IMG/VR virus record: IMGVR_UViG_3300021197_001844
Source of the DNA: an uncultured virus (IMG/VR IMGVR_UViG_3300021197_001844)
Taxonomy: Duplodnaviria > Heunggongvirae > Uroviricota > Caudoviricetes
DNA length: 20,000 nt
Direction: 5' to 3' (one strand)
Positions 17,948-20,000 of the stretch are shown one piece after another; the first letter of the stretch is position 1; each line of letters opens with the position of its first letter. Both the position numbers and the translations under genes were made by a program. Below the pieces are notes generated by a model. The model saw only the letters and a program-made list of their open reading frames with translations. It was not told where the DNA came from and made no database searches.

Positions 17948-18684
17948 GCACTGTCCTCGGATAACTCAGACAATAGTTCAGATATTTTTGTATCATGTGA
18001 ATTTATCTTTTTCATTAATTTTTTCGCATCGCTTGGGGCATGCTTAAATGCTAACCGCAATATATCCATCCAATTGACATTGTTTTTTGTTCTGACTTTC
18101 TCAACATCATTGATTATTTCTAAATCGGTTCTTCTCTTTTTCACTTCATCTCCTATTTTTGTTTTCCAACCATCCTTTAAAACGTACTTCTTTATATCTT
18201 TTTTAAGATGGAATGTCCCTTTTTTGATTTGCCGTATACGGTCGTAGTTGTTGCTAATTATATTTTCCCACTTATCAATAAATAAATTTTCAATTTCACC
18301 TCTCAACACATTATATGTTTTTTCGTAAGTATCATCACAGCTATCAAAAAAAATCTCTTTTTGAAATAATATATCTCCTGTGTCTATGCCTTTATCCATG
18401 AAATGAACGGAGACACCCTTTTTTGTATTATCAATAAAGCTCCAAAAATTTGGATGAGAGCCACGGTTGTATGGTAAATATGATATGTGCAAATTTATAA
18501 TTCCATTCTTACACGAATTAATAATCTCTTCAGATAGTATGTGCGAATAGCCGTAGCTTATAATAAAATCAAAATTTGAAACATAGTGTGAATTAATTTT
18601 TTTGCTTGTAATCACAACTTCATTATTTTTTTTTAGAAAATCAATAATTTTATTTTGCTCATAACCTAGAAACAAAATTTTCAT
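17944..18684 (-). CDS. Sugar N-formyltransferase (FMT family) with a fused ~66 aa C-terminal helical module
   Basis: FIISYGYSHIL, IINLHISYLPYNRGSHPNFWS (HxSxLPxxRG), GVSVHFMDKGIDTGDIL. Start at ATG 18684, overlapping the TGA of the NeuB-like gene. Confidence 0.9.
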   Translation of the reverse strand: MKILFLGYEQNKIIDFLKKNNEVVITSKKINSHYVSNFDFIISYGYSHILSEEIINSCKNGIINLHISYLPYNRGSHPNFWSFIDNTKKGVSVHFMDKGIDTGDILFQKEIFFDSCDDTYEKTYNVLRGEIENLFIDKWENIISNNYDRIRQIKKGTFHLKKDIKKYVLKDGWKTKIGDEVKKRRTDLEIINDVEKVRTKNNVNWMDILRLAFKHAPSDAKKLMKKINSHDTKISELLSELSEDSA

Positions 18685-19673
18685 TTTATGTCCCACTCGT
18701 CTTCAACGAAATCATCAATATTATATTCCTTTGTTGATACTTTTCCAACAACAGAATCATATAACGAAGCAGAGATACAGCCATCCAGATATGGCCTTTT
18801 GGTTGTGATGTTGTCACAAGTAAAAACATCGCCCTTTTTTATGCTCTTTTTAACCACTACAGAGCGCCGGGCCTTAATGAAATTTAATTCTGAATTAGAG
18901 TATAAACTGTTTCTTGGAATTAGTGCGTTTTCAGCTTCCTTTATAATTTCTATCATTTGCTTTAATTGGTCTGGTTCAACAGCAAACGGATGATCTGGGC
19001 CGGGTAACCTTTTACTTAAAGTAAAATGCTTTTCAATAACTGATGCGCCCAGCATAACTGCGAAAGACGGAGTGTGTATTGATGTTGTGTGATCTGACAG
19101 CCCAACCTTAAACCTTTTGTTATTTACCAACTCTATTATAGAACTTAAAGCAATTTCGTTCATCGGTGTGGGGTATGCATTATTGCAATGTAAAAGGGTT
19201 AATTCGTTGTCATGCCTATCAACAATTTCAATTATTTTATCTAAATATTCGTCTTTAAACCCTATTCCTAAAGATATAATCAAGGGTAAGCCGGTAGAAG
19301 CTACCATATTCACAAATCTAAAATCAGTAGACTCGAAGCCTGATATCTTTAGTCTCTTTACTCCTATGTCTACTAGCTGTTCTACAGCTTTTTCATCAAA
19401 TGGAGTTGACATGAATTCAATTCCCTTTTCATCACAGTATTGTTTTAAATCTCTTTGCCACTCTCTGGGTATTTCTATATCCTTAATCAGCTTCGGAACA
19501 TTAACATAGCCTGCGAAATTAGGAGTATTTTTACTATAAAGCGTTTCTGAGGAATATGTTTGAAATTTAACTGCGGTGGCACCTGATTCTTTCGCAGCAT
19601 CGATTAAGGATAGTGCTTGATTGAAAATACGATTATGATTTGCGCCAGCTTCTGCTATGACGAAAGTTTTCAT
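18681..19673 (-). CDS. N-acetylneuraminate synthase family (NeuB/PseI/LegI/SpsE-like) with C-terminal SAF domain
   Basis: FVIAEAGANHN, AVKFQTY, FMSTPFD, LLHCNNAYPTP, VGLSDHT, VIEKHFTL...GPDH, RRSVV...IKKGD...KRP. Start at ATG 19673 with AGGAG SD. Confidence 0.95.
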   Translation of the reverse strand: MKTFVIAEAGANHNRIFNQALSLIDAAKESGATAVKFQTYSSETLYSKNTPNFAGYVNVPKLIKDIEIPREWQRDLKQYCDEKGIEFMSTPFDEKAVEQLVDIGVKRLKISGFESTDFRFVNMVASTGLPLIISLGIGFKDEYLDKIIEIVDRHDNELTLLHCNNAYPTPMNEIALSSIIELVNNKRFKVGLSDHTTSIHTPSFAVMLGASVIEKHFTLSKRLPGPDHPFAVEPDQLKQMIEIIKEAENALIPRNSLYSNSELNFIKARRSVVVKKSIKKGDVFTCDNITTKRPYLDGCISASLYDSVVGKVSTKEYNIDDFVEDEWDIK

Positions 19674-19999
19674 ATTATATCTCCTACTTGGCACCATAAA
19701 GGAATATTTAATATCTTATGATGTACTTTTTCTAAAATTGGTAACCTTGTGCCATTATCATAGTAACTCATTTTATGCAACATAGGATAATTCCTTGCCC
19801 ACCTTGTTCTCTTAATTATTTCGTCAGCATTATCAGTGATTGTTGTTCCAAAATAGTAAGAAGACCCTGAATCGTGTTTAAGTAATTTGCGCTTGATGGA
19901 CAAAAGATTATAGTTGTCTTTTCTCTCTTTTAGGTTTTTATTATATCTCTTTATCTGGGTAATTCCTATTGTTGCATTCAAATTGTTCATATAGAATTT
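19670..19999 (-). CDS. DegT/DnrJ/EryC1/StrS PLP-dependent sugar aminotransferase, C-terminal part (5' end outside window)
   Basis: The frame stays open past the track's ATG to the window edge (KFYMNNLNATIGITQIKR...RKDNY...SSYY...YPMLH...ILNIPL), typical of the DegT C-terminus. Its TGA overlaps the NeuB-like ATG. Confidence 0.75.
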   Translation of the reverse strand, partial: KFYMNNLNATIGITQIKRYNKNLKERKDNYNLLSIKRKLLKHDSGSSYYFGTTITDNADEIIKRTRWARNYPMLHKMSYYDNGTRLPILEKVHHKILNIPLWCQVGDII

Positions 20000-20000
20000 A

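Noticed and set aside
6830..19509. Remaining short plus-strand ORFs and nested minus-strand ORFs (8845-9033, 16874-17062)
   Set aside because: All overlap well-supported minus-strand genes and show no protein-family signal.
1..20000. CRISPR arrays, tRNA/rRNA genes, IS elements, intrinsic terminators
   Set aside because: Intergenic gaps are all under about 20 nt, and I saw no repeat-spacer pattern, cloverleaf, transposase motif or GC hairpin with a U-tract.

Overview
This window looks like part of a large (jumbo-type, probably myovirus-like) bacteriophage genome. It is AT-rich and densely coding, and every credible gene lies on the minus strand, many joined by ATGA/TAATG overlaps. In transcription order (right to left) it holds three blocks. 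(1) ~13.1-20 kb: a sugar-nucleotide/nonulosonic-acid glycosylation cluster (DegT-type aminotransferase, NeuB-family synthase, formyltransferase, two sialyltransferase/Maf-like Rossmann proteins, CMP-NeuAc-synthetase-family enzyme, SIS-HAD fusion, small HAD, SDR epimerase, cupin). (2) ~11.3-13.1 kb: small genes including an FmdB-type Zn ribbon and a T4 gp55-like sigma factor. (3) 1-11.3 kb: a putative baseplate/tail module. The most striking element is three tandem paralogs sharing an N-terminal domain, each ending in a different predicted peptidoglycan hydrolase (lysozyme-like, M15 peptidase, phage tail lysozyme). They are followed by an HxH-bearing spike-like gene and a giant ORF (at least 2164 codons) that the ORF track missed because it runs off the left edge. 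All functional calls come from motif recognition by eye; no searches were run.
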